Assembly: GCA_965226555.1 (NCBI GenBank)
Contig: CBDDDG010000010.1
Location: 96,001 to 160,000, forward strand
DNA from: Salinispira sp.
GTDB lineage: Bacteria; Spirochaetota; Spirochaetia; DSM-27196; Salinispiraceae
Length of the DNA: 64,000 nt
Direction: 5' to 3'
A model generated the notes under the pieces. That model had not been told where the DNA came from. It searched no databases and was given only the letters and a program-made list of their open reading frames with translations. Of the stretch, positions 48,693-58,371 are shown in pieces; within the stretch, counting starts at the first letter, position 1, and each line of letters starts with the position of its first letter. Position numbers and translations under genes: made by a program.

Positions 48693-48899
48693 CAACAAAA
48701 GCATTTTGAATAGCAACAGACCGGGGTAGGCTTCCCTGCCAACCGCGCTGCTTCCTCGGGTATCGTGTTCTGTAACAATATCCTCAATGGGCTTCCAGTC
48801 GATAATCTGGTCAATTTTCCGATAGAAGGTGTTTTTCCGTGTACGTCTTTCCATACTGTCTGCGACAAATGACATAGTGAGCTCCTGAGATTTGATCAT
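48693..48899 (-). mobile_element. IS5-family transposase N-terminal remnant fused in frame to the lipoprotein gene
   Basis: MSFVAD..RRTRKNTFYRKIDQIIDWKPI..GREAYPGLLLFKMLLL matches the IS5 N-terminal pattern; no DDE core follows. Confidence 0.8.
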
Positions 48900-49052
48900 G
48901 GCGAGGATCATAGCATATATATGAGGACGATTACAGCCAGAAAGCGAAAAATCGAAAGAAAAATTCAAAAACGTTCATATGGGATGTTGATACTCCGGAT
49001 ACATGAACGGTACTACCGATGAGACTGTTGCCGTGCAACAATCTCTTTTTAT

Positions 49053-49079
49053 GGAAAATTTGCATTTTGTCAAACTTTC
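49053..49079. repeat. Short palindromic repeat, preceded by a variant palindrome at 49020-49045
   Basis: ggaaaatttgcattttgtcaaactttc; tgagactgttgccgtgcaacaatctc. Confidence 0.65.
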
Positions 49080-49094
49080 AGCAATACTGTTTAT

Positions 49095-50036
49095 ATGCTA
49101 AGTGCGAATTCAAACATCTTACTTGTGCTGCTCGCGATATTTTCAGCAAGCTGCGCAACCGATTGGGACATTCCCGATACCGCAAAATATCCGGCAGAAA
49201 TTGATATTGTCAGTCTGAACATTCATTATCTGGTTCCCGAACGGGACAGCACTAACTGGGATGCGCGAAAATATGCGGTAACAGAAATGCTGAATACCGT
49301 GAATGCCGACATCGTTATTTTTCAGGAAATGGAAACATTCCACCTGCATGGAAGCGACCCTCACACTACCTCTCATGAAAACATTCAGCTGGACTGGATC
49401 ATGCAGATGGTCCCCAATTATACGGCAGGGGCAATTGGGAATGCCGATAAATTCCCCATAACACAACCCATACTGTACCGCAGCGATCGTTTTACCCTCA
49501 TCCGGCAGGGCTTCTTCTACTATTCCCCCACTCCCGATGTCATTTACAGCCGCCCATGGAATGGAGGGTATCCGTCCTTCAGTACCTGGATGCATCTGCG
49601 CGATACACAAACAGAAGAAGAATTTATTGTTCTGAACAGTCATCTGGATGCCTTCAACGGTAAGAATCGGAGCGATACTATTGAGCTCATCATAAAACGG
49701 CTGCCGGAAATATCCCAAGGACTGCCCGTAATTGCCGGAGGCGACTATAACATGCTGACAACCGATCCCATCCTCGCTGAACTGACATCAATCGGCCTGA
49801 AATACATCCCCATGCAGGGAAGTAGTTTCCATTTCGGACGGGGTTTACATCTCTACCCCTCAATTGATCATTTCTACGTATCCCCCGAATGGGAAGTAAA
49901 AGATGGGGGCGTCATGCAGAAGAAATGGCCCAATGAAGAGGGAATGCCCGAGCGCCGAATTACAGCCCGAGGAAGCTGGAACCCCGACTGGCCCTCGGAT
50001 CACCATCCCGTTTTTGCCCGCCTTCTTCTTCAGTAA
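49095..50036 (+). CDS. Endonuclease/exonuclease/phosphatase (EEP) family lipoprotein
   Basis: Lipobox FSASC; SLNI, DIVIFQE, NSHLD, GDYN, IDHF, PSDHHPV. Confidence 0.9.
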   Translation: MLSANSNILLVLLAIFSASCATDWDIPDTAKYPAEIDIVSLNIHYLVPERDSTNWDARKYAVTEMLNTVNADIVIFQEMETFHLHGSDPHTTSHENIQLDWIMQMVPNYTAGAIGNADKFPITQPILYRSDRFTLIRQGFFYYSPTPDVIYSRPWNGGYPSFSTWMHLRDTQTEEEFIVLNSHLDAFNGKNRSDTIELIIKRLPEISQGLPVIAGGDYNMLTTDPILAELTSIGLKYIPMQGSSFHFGRGLHLYPSIDHFYVSPEWEVKDGGVMQKKWPNEEGMPERRITARGSWNPDWPSDHHPVFARLLLQ

Positions 50037-50122
50037 AAAAATTTCTCATTAGATCATGCGCTGCGGGCAATACGGCAGTTCGAACGAGCGCAGCACCAAC
50101 CCGCAATAATGCTCCAATTTCT

Positions 50123-50554
50123 TCAACGCTTTGTCGGAGGATCGGCGACCAAACACATCCATTCCGCTTCGGCAGCAGTCTCATCGCCAACCAGAGCGAC
50201 ACCGCGTTGCCTGATCATACGCGAAGATATGCGGGTATTCTGAATTTCAAACCGCACCTTTTCGTTGGGTCGTACCTGACGGCGAAATTTTACTTTATCA
50301 ATTGTCGCCAGAAAAAACAGTTTGTCATCCGGCAGTTTTCCTGCCTGCCGCACACCGGCGCCTCCGCACTGCGCCATGGTCTCAACCAGAATGACACCAG
50401 GAACAACCGGATATTTGGGGAAATGTCCCTTGAAAAACGCTTCTTCGGAGGTGTATATTCTCGTACCGACAATCTGCTCATCGCTTACATCAACAAGCTC
50501 ATCAACAAAAAGAAAGGGTTCCCTATGCGGTAATAACTCTTTTATATTCTTCAT
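50123..50554 (-). CDS. fabZ: 3-hydroxyacyl-ACP dehydratase
   Basis: LLPHREPFLFVD, FFKGHFP..PVVPGVILVETMAQ, KFRRQVRP. Confidence 0.96.
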   Translation of the reverse strand: MKNIKELLPHREPFLFVDELVDVSDEQIVGTRIYTSEEAFFKGHFPKYPVVPGVILVETMAQCGGAGVRQAGKLPDDKLFFLATIDKVKFRRQVRPNEKVRFEIQNTRISSRMIRQRGVALVGDETAAEAEWMCLVADPPTKR

Positions 50555-50560
50555 AATAAC

Positions 50561-50672
50561 TCCAGTAGCAAAAGATTCAGAATGCTTTCTATGTACATAG
50601 CATTCTCTCATTTCTATAGAAATATAGTGTACCGATAATACTATACGAAAGGTTTGCAAAATGCAAAACTTT
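50561..50672. repeat. Composite palindromic repeat upstream of fabZ; a further copy lies at 50783-50826 upstream of accB
   Basis: ccagtagcaaaag..gaatgctttctatgtacatagcattc..gaaaggtttgcaaaatgcaaaacttt. Confidence 0.75.
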
Positions 50673-50846
50673 GTTATATTCCTGATTCTCTCAAGATGTG
50701 GTGCGCTTATGGTTGAATTCGCCAACTTTTTTATTAGTCTCTTGACAGCTCATTATTCTGCATGGTAGGTTTTTATACTTAAAGAAAATTTTGCATTGGA
50801 AAAGTTTCCAGTAGCAAAACGTTTTCAAAGTTCGAAGGAGGAGATT

Positions 50847-51290
50847 GTGGACACAAAAGAATTGTTCGAACTTATTGATAAGTTTGATAAGAGCGGACTA
50901 TCAGTAATTAAATATCAAACGGATAATGACAGCCTTGTCTTACGAAAGGAGGCTGCCGCCGTTCAGGCAGTATACGCTCCGGCTGAGCAGCAGGCGCCGG
51001 CCGCCGGCACTACCGAAAATAACAGGACTCAGGCACCCGATAATCCCGATACTGAAATTATCACTGCCCCAATTGTGGGAACCTTTTATCGGTCGCCTTC
51101 CCCAGACAGCCCCCCTTTTGCGGAAGAAGGGAGTTCTGTGAAAGCGGGAATGACCCTCTGCATTATTGAGGCAATGAAGGTAATGAATGCGCTTGAGGCC
51201 GACTATGATATGGAAATTGTACACATTCTGGTCGAGGGCGGCAGTATGGTGGAGTACGGCGCCCCTCTGCTTGAGGTAAAACGCCTATGA
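50847..51290 (+). CDS. accB: Acetyl-CoA carboxylase biotin carboxyl carrier protein
   Basis: APIVGTFYRSPSP, IEAMKVMN; GTG start with SD AGGAGG. Confidence 0.96.
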   Translation: MDTKELFELIDKFDKSGLSVIKYQTDNDSLVLRKEAAAVQAVYAPAEQQAPAAGTTENNRTQAPDNPDTEIITAPIVGTFYRSPSPDSPPFAEEGSSVKAGMTLCIIEAMKVMNALEADYDMEIVHILVEGGSMVEYGAPLLEVKRL

Positions 51291-52615
51291 TCAAGTCCAT
51301 ACTCATAGCGAATCGCGGTGAAATCGCAGTTCGGGTAGTGAGGGCTTGTAAAGAACTGGGCATCCGTTCAATCGCAGTGTATTCCGAGGCCGATGCCGAT
51401 TCACTTCCCGTTAAAATTGCCGACCATGCCGTCTGTATCGGCCCCCCCCCGAGCACATTAAGCTATCTGCACATGAATAATCTCATATCTGCGGCCATTC
51501 TCTGTAATGCCGATGCCATACATCCGGGAGTCGGCTTTCTGAGTGAAAACGCAGTTTTCGCGCAGGAAGTACAAAAGGCAGGTCTCATCTGGATTGGTCC
51601 GCAACCGGAAACAATTGCCCGCATGGGCGATAAAATTGAAGCCAAACAAACCGCAAAAAAATACAATGTTCCGGTAATACCGGGCATTGAGGGCTCGGTG
51701 GATGATCCTGAAGCCGCAAAAGCAGCCGCCAATACAATGGACTACCCGGTAATAATAAAAGCTGCATCCGGCGGCGGCGGTAAGGGTATGCGGATAGTCC
51801 GCGAAGCCGAAGAGTTTGAAGACGCACTCAAACTTGCCTCTTCCGAAGCTCTTGCAGCCTTTAATGATGGAACTGTCTATCTTGAAAAATATCTGGAGAA
51901 TCCCCGGCATGTTGAGATACAAATTGTCGGAGACAGTCATGGCAATGTGGTGCACCTTGGAGAACGGGACTGTTCCTGTCAGAAAAATCATCAGAAACTT
52001 GTAGAAGAAAGCCCCTCAACTGTTGTAACACCCGAAATGCGCAGGAAAATGGGAAAAGATACGGTACGGCTATTCAAGGGTCTGAAGTACTGCGGCGCAG
52101 GAACAATTGAATTTCTCGTAACCGGCGGTAAATACTATTTCATGGAAGTAAACGCCCGGGTACAGGTTGAGCATCCTGTTACCGAACTTGTTACGGGAGT
52201 AGATATTATCCGGGAACAAATTCAGGCAGCCAGCGGTAAGGAACTCAGCATTACTCAGGAAGATGTAAACCTTGAGGGCTACGCGGTGGAATGCCGGGTC
52301 AACGCTATGGCTCCGGGCACAATATCCGATTACCTTCCGCCGGGCGGCTACGGAACACGAATTGACAGCTTTCTTTTCAATGGATATACCGTTGTTCCCT
52401 TCTACGATTCCATGATAGCAAAGGTTATTTGTTACGGAAGAACCCGTAATGAAGGACTTGATAGAATGAACCGCGTGCTCGATGAGTTCATCCTCTCAGG
52501 TATTGAAACAAACATTGATCTTCAGAAAAAGATCATTAATTCCCGAACATTCCGAAGTGGCGAATATGGAACCGATGTCCTTACTCACATACTCGCCGAG
52601 GAGGATTACATATGA
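51287..52615 (+). CDS. accC: Acetyl-CoA carboxylase biotin carboxylase
   Basis: IANRGEIA, HPGVGFLSEN, GGGGKGMR, ERDCS, QVEHPVTE, YDSMIAK. Confidence 0.97.
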   Translation: MIKSILIANRGEIAVRVVRACKELGIRSIAVYSEADADSLPVKIADHAVCIGPPPSTLSYLHMNNLISAAILCNADAIHPGVGFLSENAVFAQEVQKAGLIWIGPQPETIARMGDKIEAKQTAKKYNVPVIPGIEGSVDDPEAAKAAANTMDYPVIIKAASGGGGKGMRIVREAEEFEDALKLASSEALAAFNDGTVYLEKYLENPRHVEIQIVGDSHGNVVHLGERDCSCQKNHQKLVEESPSTVVTPEMRRKMGKDTVRLFKGLKYCGAGTIEFLVTGGKYYFMEVNARVQVEHPVTELVTGVDIIREQIQAASGKELSITQEDVNLEGYAVECRVNAMAPGTISDYLPPGGYGTRIDSFLFNGYTVVPFYDSMIAKVICYGRTRNEGLDRMNRVLDEFILSGIETNIDLQKKIINSRTFRSGEYGTDVLTHILAEEDYI

Positions 52616-53493
52616 CAATTGGCATACCAAAAATCCTGCAGAAAGCGCTTAAGCGCAAAAGAATGCGGCGTCCGGTAGGTGAATTCTCTATTGCAGACGA
52701 CAGAGTATTTGTTCAGAAAGAGCATATGTGTCCAAACTGCAGCACCGAGCTGGATTCTGAGACCTTGAAGCGTAATTTATTCGTCTGTTCAACATGTCAG
52801 CATCATTTTCGTATATCGGCCCCCGAACGCCTCCATTTTCTTGCAGACAACGGGGAATATCATGAATTTGCGGCGGATATTACCAGCCTGAATCCGCTGG
52901 ACTTCCCCGAGTACGATACGAAAATCAAAAAGAGTCAGCAAAAAACCGGACTCCCTGAGGCAGTGCAAACTGCCGTCTGTCATATCGAAGGACGGAGGAC
53001 AGTTGTCGGTATTATGAATTTCCAATTTCTCGGGGGAAGTATGGGCTCGGTTGTCGGGGAGAAAATTGCGCGGGCAATGCTCCTCGCAGCAGAGCGGGAA
53101 CTGCCCTGTATACTTTTTACCGCTTCCGGCGGCGCGCGAATGCATGAAGGTATTTTTTCTCTCATGCAGATGGCAAAGACTTCCCATACTGCCGCTCTCC
53201 TTGAACAAAGCGGGCAGCCCCTGTTTATCGTACTTACCGATCCGACGACCGGAGGAGTTACCGCAAGTTTTGCCATGCTGGGAGATGTTACCCTTGCGGA
53301 ACCCGATGCGCTCATCGGCTTCGCGGGGCCTCGGGTCATTGAAGGCATTATGAAGCAAAAACTTCCCGCAGGTTTTCAAAAATCTGAATTTCAGCTTGAA
53401 AAAGGCTTTGTGGACAAAATTGTTCCGCGCCGGGAACTTCGAAAAACGCTTGCATATCTCATTGATACGCACAGGCAGGGAGGAGAACTTTAA
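52612..53493 (+). CDS. accD: Acetyl-CoA carboxylase carboxyltransferase beta subunit
   Basis: CPNC..CSTC zinc finger, GGSMGSVVGEK, SGGARM, PTTGGVTASF, GFAGPRVI. Confidence 0.97.
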   Translation: MTIGIPKILQKALKRKRMRRPVGEFSIADDRVFVQKEHMCPNCSTELDSETLKRNLFVCSTCQHHFRISAPERLHFLADNGEYHEFAADITSLNPLDFPEYDTKIKKSQQKTGLPEAVQTAVCHIEGRRTVVGIMNFQFLGGSMGSVVGEKIARAMLLAAERELPCILFTASGGARMHEGIFSLMQMAKTSHTAALLEQSGQPLFIVLTDPTTGGVTASFAMLGDVTLAEPDALIGFAGPRVIEGIMKQKLPAGFQKSEFQLEKGFVDKIVPRRELRKTLAYLIDTHRQGGEL

Positions 53494-54464
53494 TGAAAGA
53501 TAAGGAACTGCAGGAAAAGGTCAAGGAACTTAAGGTTCTTGCCAATGAAAAGAAAATTGATATTCATGATGATCTGAACAGGATAGACGCAAAACTGAAT
53601 GGTGAACAAACGAAACTCAGCGCATGGCAGCGGGTTGAGCGCGCGCGGAATCAGGATCGTCCAAATGTTCTGGAGTACATTGAAAAAATAAGTGATAATT
53701 TTATTGAATTGCATGGCGACCGCGCATTCGCCGATGACAGTGCTCTTGTCGGCGGCATAAGTACCATTAACGGCGTATACTTTACCTTCATGGGCCATCA
53801 GAAGGGCAGAACCATGAAGGAAAACCTTCGCCGCAATTACGGCTGGGCGCATCCTGAGGGCTACCGCAAGGCCTTCCGCCTTGCCCGGCAGGCTGAAAAA
53901 TTCCATAGACCCATACTTTCCCTCATTGATACTGCGGGAGCATACCCCGGCATTGGGAGCGAGGAACGGGGAATTTCGGAGGCCATTGCCGCTAATCTTA
54001 AAATGTTTTCGGTGCTCAAAACGCCTATTATTGTTATCATCATTGGCGAGGGCGGTTCAGGCGGAGCCCTCGGTATTGGTATAGGCGACCGGGTGTACAT
54101 GATGGAAAATGCGACATACTCGGTCATAAGTCCTGAGGGCTTTGCATCCATCCTTCTCAGAGATGCCTCAAAAAACAAAACTGCTGCCGATCTCATGAAG
54201 ATGACCGCAAAGCACCTCTACAAATTTGGCATTATCGATGGGATTATTGCCGAACCTACCGAGGGCGCGCACGCGAATCCGGATCTTTGCGCCGCAAACA
54301 TAAAGCAGACTATTCTGAGCGCCTGGTCCGAGCTGAAAGAGAAAAAACCAGAGCTCCTTCTCAAGGAACGAAGCCAGAAACTGCTCCAGCTCGGAGTCTT
54401 TGAAGACCCGCGTAACGGCCACGACTCAGGTTTCCTCAAACGCTTACTGAAAAAGCGCCAATAA
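53493..54464 (+). CDS. accA: Acetyl-CoA carboxylase carboxyltransferase alpha subunit
   Basis: ELHGDR, PEGYRKA, GAYPG, GEGGSGGAL, YSVISPEG. Confidence 0.97.
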   Translation: MKDKELQEKVKELKVLANEKKIDIHDDLNRIDAKLNGEQTKLSAWQRVERARNQDRPNVLEYIEKISDNFIELHGDRAFADDSALVGGISTINGVYFTFMGHQKGRTMKENLRRNYGWAHPEGYRKAFRLARQAEKFHRPILSLIDTAGAYPGIGSEERGISEAIAANLKMFSVLKTPIIVIIIGEGGSGGALGIGIGDRVYMMENATYSVISPEGFASILLRDASKNKTAADLMKMTAKHLYKFGIIDGIIAEPTEGAHANPDLCAANIKQTILSAWSELKEKKPELLLKERSQKLLQLGVFEDPRNGHDSGFLKRLLKKRQ

Positions 54465-54574
54465 CAGCCTGTATGGAATATCGCGCCTGCGCAAAGCTCA
54501 GCCAGGGGAGGCTGAGCGGGATTGTCAGAACTCAGTTCGGGTATCACCTCATAAAACTGACAGGGCGCAGGTAA

Positions 54575-55726
54575 TTGAAGAAGCGCCCCGTTGTTGCCGC
54601 GCTTATTTTGCTCATTGCCGGACTCTCTGAAACAGGAAGTCTGCCGCCCGATACCCTGCCATCTCTCACATTATCCTTTGTCGGCGATATTATGGCTCAT
54701 ACGCCGAATTTCACCATGAATGGTTACGACAGAATTTACCGGGCTGTCTCCCGCCCTCTTCTCTCAGATGATCTCAGTTTTGCGAATTTGGAATTTGTGG
54801 TTGATGAACAGCGCCCAATGAGCAGCTACCCCCGCTTCAATGTTCATTCATCCTATGTTGAAGCGGCCGTTCGGGCAGGTTTCGATGTTTTTTCGCTGGC
54901 AAACAATCATAGTAACGACTACGGAGCCGCAGGTATCGAACAGACAATGCGGAGCATCGAAGCAATTTTCGCGGCAGCCGACCGCCCGCTCTTTGCATCG
55001 GGATTACGAAGAAACAGAAATAGCCCAATGCGCGTTGAATCGATACATTATGAAAACTGGCGCATCGGCTTTCTGTCGGTCAGCGGTATGAGTAACACCG
55101 GGGGAAACAGCAGGCTGTATTTTGTTCCTTCGGAAAATGACGATGCGGTTGGTGAGCTGCTCCATTTCATTGAGACATGGAGGCCGCTGTACGATCTCTT
55201 CATTCTTTCATGGCATGGCGGTGTTGAATATCAGCTTACTCCGGCGCAGGAGAAGGTTGAGTTGTTCCATGCTCTCATGGGCGCCGGGGTGGATATTCTC
55301 TGGGGGCACCACCCCCATGTCCTGCAGCCGCTTGAGTTCTCCGTCCGCAACGACATGCGCAGAGGCATTATTATGTACTCGCTCGGAAATTTTATTAGTT
55401 CTCAGCCCACGACGCTTGGGCCGAACGATTGGAACACTACCCGCGCATACACCGGCGACTCAGCCATTGTTCAGCTCAGTATCCGCATGACAAAGACGGG
55501 AGTAAGCATAGCCGATGTTGAACTTCTCCCCATAACTCACTTGCAGCATTTTGCGGAGCCGGCATTCACCGAAGGGCAGGGCTTTGAAACACATTTCAGC
55601 GGCATGGCTGCGCAGGCAGCTTCATTGCCATGGAAAGAATTCTACTACCGAAGAGCTGAGACAATGCGAAAACTGACTCATTCCTTCCTCAGCCCCTACG
55701 AAGGAATTGATGCTTTTGCGCCATAG
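54575..55726 (+). CDS. CapA family (PGA_cap) metallophosphatase-fold protein
   Basis: FVGDIM, ANLE, SLANNHSND, WHGGVEY, GHHPHVLQ, YSLGNF. Confidence 0.9.
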   Translation: MKKRPVVAALILLIAGLSETGSLPPDTLPSLTLSFVGDIMAHTPNFTMNGYDRIYRAVSRPLLSDDLSFANLEFVVDEQRPMSSYPRFNVHSSYVEAAVRAGFDVFSLANNHSNDYGAAGIEQTMRSIEAIFAAADRPLFASGLRRNRNSPMRVESIHYENWRIGFLSVSGMSNTGGNSRLYFVPSENDDAVGELLHFIETWRPLYDLFILSWHGGVEYQLTPAQEKVELFHALMGAGVDILWGHHPHVLQPLEFSVRNDMRRGIIMYSLGNFISSQPTTLGPNDWNTTRAYTGDSAIVQLSIRMTKTGVSIADVELLPITHLQHFAEPAFTEGQGFETHFSGMAAQAASLPWKEFYYRRAETMRKLTHSFLSPYEGIDAFAP

Positions 55727-55833
55727 GCAGCCGGGGCTTGTTGATTTTTGGGCGGATTCTCTGTTGTTTTTTTGGTGATTTTTCTGGTGATTCCCGGGCG
55801 GTTCAGGTCGCGGTTGATTTTTGGGCGGCTATC

Positions 55834-56220
55834 TCATCCATTTTCCGGAAAAAATTCGGGGAATTCGTAGACGACCCGGCCTGAATCTTCCACTTCCATA
55901 AAGATATGAACATGATCTATGAGAGAATTCATCCGCTTTTCAACCTCGGTCATCGATAATCCTGAATCGACAACGATATATGCGGGAGTGAGCCGCCCCT
56001 TCTTTTTTACTGCCAGACGGTATACATATACTTCAAATTCTTCACTACTGACTCGCTTCCCGGGATTCCTTCCGACAGGAAGCAGGTTCAGGAACCCTCT
56101 GGGGCGCAGCGGATGTGCGTTGGAAATGCGCCGATAATTAATTATGCGGAGAAAGCGTATGAGAAGGGAAATGACGAGAAAGGGAATGAGTATGGCAAGG
56201 GGAAAAAAGATAAACCACAT
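55834..56220 (-). CDS. Hypothetical membrane protein
   Basis: N-terminal TM helix followed by a winged-helix-like segment ending GRVVYEFPE. Confidence 0.7.
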   Translation of the reverse strand: MWFIFFPLAILIPFLVISLLIRFLRIINYRRISNAHPLRPRGFLNLLPVGRNPGKRVSSEEFEVYVYRLAVKKKGRLTPAYIVVDSGLSMTEVEKRMNSLIDHVHIFMEVEDSGRVVYEFPEFFPENG

Positions 56221-56296
56221 AAGTTTCTATAAGAATAGTGCATCATCGTGATTGGGACAATACCAATTCAGCCCACGGGAATTGATTGCAGTTTGT

Positions 56297-56878
56297 TTAT
56301 ATTTCAATGACTGATGTTACATTGCCGTCTTCGTCATAATCAAAATAAATTCGGCTTCCGCCTTCATATATGACGCCGTCTATTGTCGTATCCTCGGCAA
56401 GGATTACAATGTTTACATTTCCGTTGTTATAAAAAAATAGTACTGTGTCGGCCGCATATGTTATACCGTCTATGGTCGTATTCTCGGAAAGGATTCTGGA
56501 GAGTATCTGCCCGTTTTCGTAAAACTGGATAGAACCTTTTACATAGGTTATGCCGTCTATGGTCGTATTCTTGGCAAGGGTTCCAGATTCTACATTTCCG
56601 TTTTCATAAAAAAATAGTGATGTTCCGGCCGCATATGTTCTACCGTTTATGGTCGTATTCTTGGCAAGTTCTCCAAACTCTACATTTCCGTTTTCATAAT
56701 ATACAGGGTTGCCTTCATAGGTTATGCTGTCGGTTTCCGTTTCCGGGTTGGTTTCTGTTTTTTCACCACATGCCATGAATAAGCCCGTTAGTAGCAGGCA
56801 AAAAATGATAGAAATTTTTGCATAAAGCAAAAGTTTCCGATCTGGAATGCTTTCTCTGATAGTAAATAATATTTTCAT
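56297..56878 (-). CDS. Lipoprotein with MORN-like FYENGNV...LAxNTTIDGITY repeats
   Basis: Lipobox FMAC; about four 30-aa repeats; codons 8-24 derive from the palindromic repeat. Confidence 0.78.
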   Translation of the reverse strand: MKILFTIRESIPDRKLLLYAKISIIFCLLLTGLFMACGEKTETNPETETDSITYEGNPVYYENGNVEFGELAKNTTINGRTYAAGTSLFFYENGNVESGTLAKNTTIDGITYVKGSIQFYENGQILSRILSENTTIDGITYAADTVLFFYNNGNVNIVILAEDTTIDGVIYEGGSRIYFDYDEDGNVTSVIEI

Positions 56879-57199
56879 GCTTCCTGTATAAAATATTTTG
56901 CAGGGGTCTGTCAAGCCTTTTTGCAAACATTTTGTGGGGTTTTGTGAGAACATTTTGCAAACATAGCAAGGAAAAAATTGCTTTTTTCAAAACGTTTCTA
57001 TTTGAATGAATCTATAACTTCTTCGAGTGTTTCTATATTTTCATGTAATTCAAGTATTTCCCCCACCGCTAGGGTCATATAGTTGTTGGAAAATGAAGAA
57101 TCGTGATAGGGTAAAAAGTTATGTTGAAATTCACACTGATCTTGCTTCGATTTAACGGACACTCTTCTAAGCACGATACTATAGGGAGAGGAGAGTGTT

Positions 57200-57490
57200 A
57201 TGGAAACACGGAAAGTCAGAAAATTCTATGATGAGGATTTTAAGGAACAGGCTGTGGAGCTTGCCAAAGAAATTGGCACGAAGCAGGCGACGGAAAAGCT
57301 GGGTATAGCAAGTTATCATACCCTCGCGAAATGGGTTCGGAACGACCAGAAAGGTCCCGAGTTTCGGGAACTTCAGGAAGCCCTGGCCGAGAACAAACGA
57401 TTGAGAAAGGAACTGCGCGCCGAGAAAAAGGCGGTGGCAATACTCAATGATGCAATGGTTTTTTTTTGCAGAAAGGAGAGCCTGAAATGA
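57200..57490 (+). CDS. IS3 transposase OrfA
   Basis: YDEDFKEQAV HTH, ENKRLRKEL coiled coil. Confidence 0.93.
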   Translation: METRKVRKFYDEDFKEQAVELAKEIGTKQATEKLGIASYHTLAKWVRNDQKGPEFRELQEALAENKRLRKELRAEKKAVAILNDAMVFFCRKESLK

Positions 57491-58371
57491 AGTATCGAGG
57501 AATTGAGCAGCTGAAGCAGACCGGACATGCTGTTGCACCATGCTGCAAACTTCTGAAGGTGTCCAGCTCGGGATTCTATGACTGGCTTAAGAGAGAACCG
57601 TCCAAAAACACCCGCAGGGATGATGAGCTTACGGGTAAAATCCTGCGTGTGTATACTGAAAATAAGGGATGCTACGGTTCGCCCCGAATTCACCGGCTGC
57701 TGCATCTTCATGGTGAAGCAATCGGGAGGAACCGAGTCGCCCGGCTTATGAGGGAATCGGGGCTCAATGCGGGGAGAACGAAGGCATATCGCCCGCGAAC
57801 AACAATGAGCAATCCATCCCAGAAGAAGTCTCCGCGGGTGTTTCGCATTGAAAGCTCCACGGTTACGAAAGCGAATGAGGTCTGGGCATCGGACCTCACG
57901 TACCTGCCCGCCGGCGCAGGATTTGCGTACCTTGTTGTGGTTCTGGACATCTATACCCGGGAAATTACGGGCTGGAATGTCAGTGATTCCATGGAGAGCA
58001 CACAGACGGAAAAGGCTCTGTTACAGGCCGTACGGAGAACTCCCGGGGAGTTGAATAGCTTGGTCTTTCATTCAGATCAGGGAACGCAGTATTGCGCGCA
58101 GAGCATTCGAGACAAACTGGAAATGTTACATATTACCCAGTCGATGTCGAGAAGGGGGAATTGCTACGATAATGCCTTTGTGGAAAGTTTTTTCCACACG
58201 CTGAAGAATGAGCTTGGTAAGCCGAGGTTTCAGAACCTTCAGGAGGCGCGGAAGATAGTTTTTGAATACATCAACTGGTATAACCGAGAGAGGCTTCATT
58301 CTTCTCTTGACTATATGAGTCCGATGAATTATGCTTTGAAAACAGCAGGAGAATCCTGTTGTGTTGCTTAG
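57487..58371 (+). CDS. IS3 transposase OrfB (DDE)
   Basis: YGSPRI, WASDLTY, FHSDQGTQY, SRRGNCYDNAFVESFF, YNRERLHSSL; ATGA overlap with OrfA. Confidence 0.95.
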   Translation: MKYRGIEQLKQTGHAVAPCCKLLKVSSSGFYDWLKREPSKNTRRDDELTGKILRVYTENKGCYGSPRIHRLLHLHGEAIGRNRVARLMRESGLNAGRTKAYRPRTTMSNPSQKKSPRVFRIESSTVTKANEVWASDLTYLPAGAGFAYLVVVLDIYTREITGWNVSDSMESTQTEKALLQAVRRTPGELNSLVFHSDQGTQYCAQSIRDKLEMLHITQSMSRRGNCYDNAFVESFFHTLKNELGKPRFQNLQEARKIVFEYINWYNRERLHSSLDYMSPMNYALKTAGESCCVA

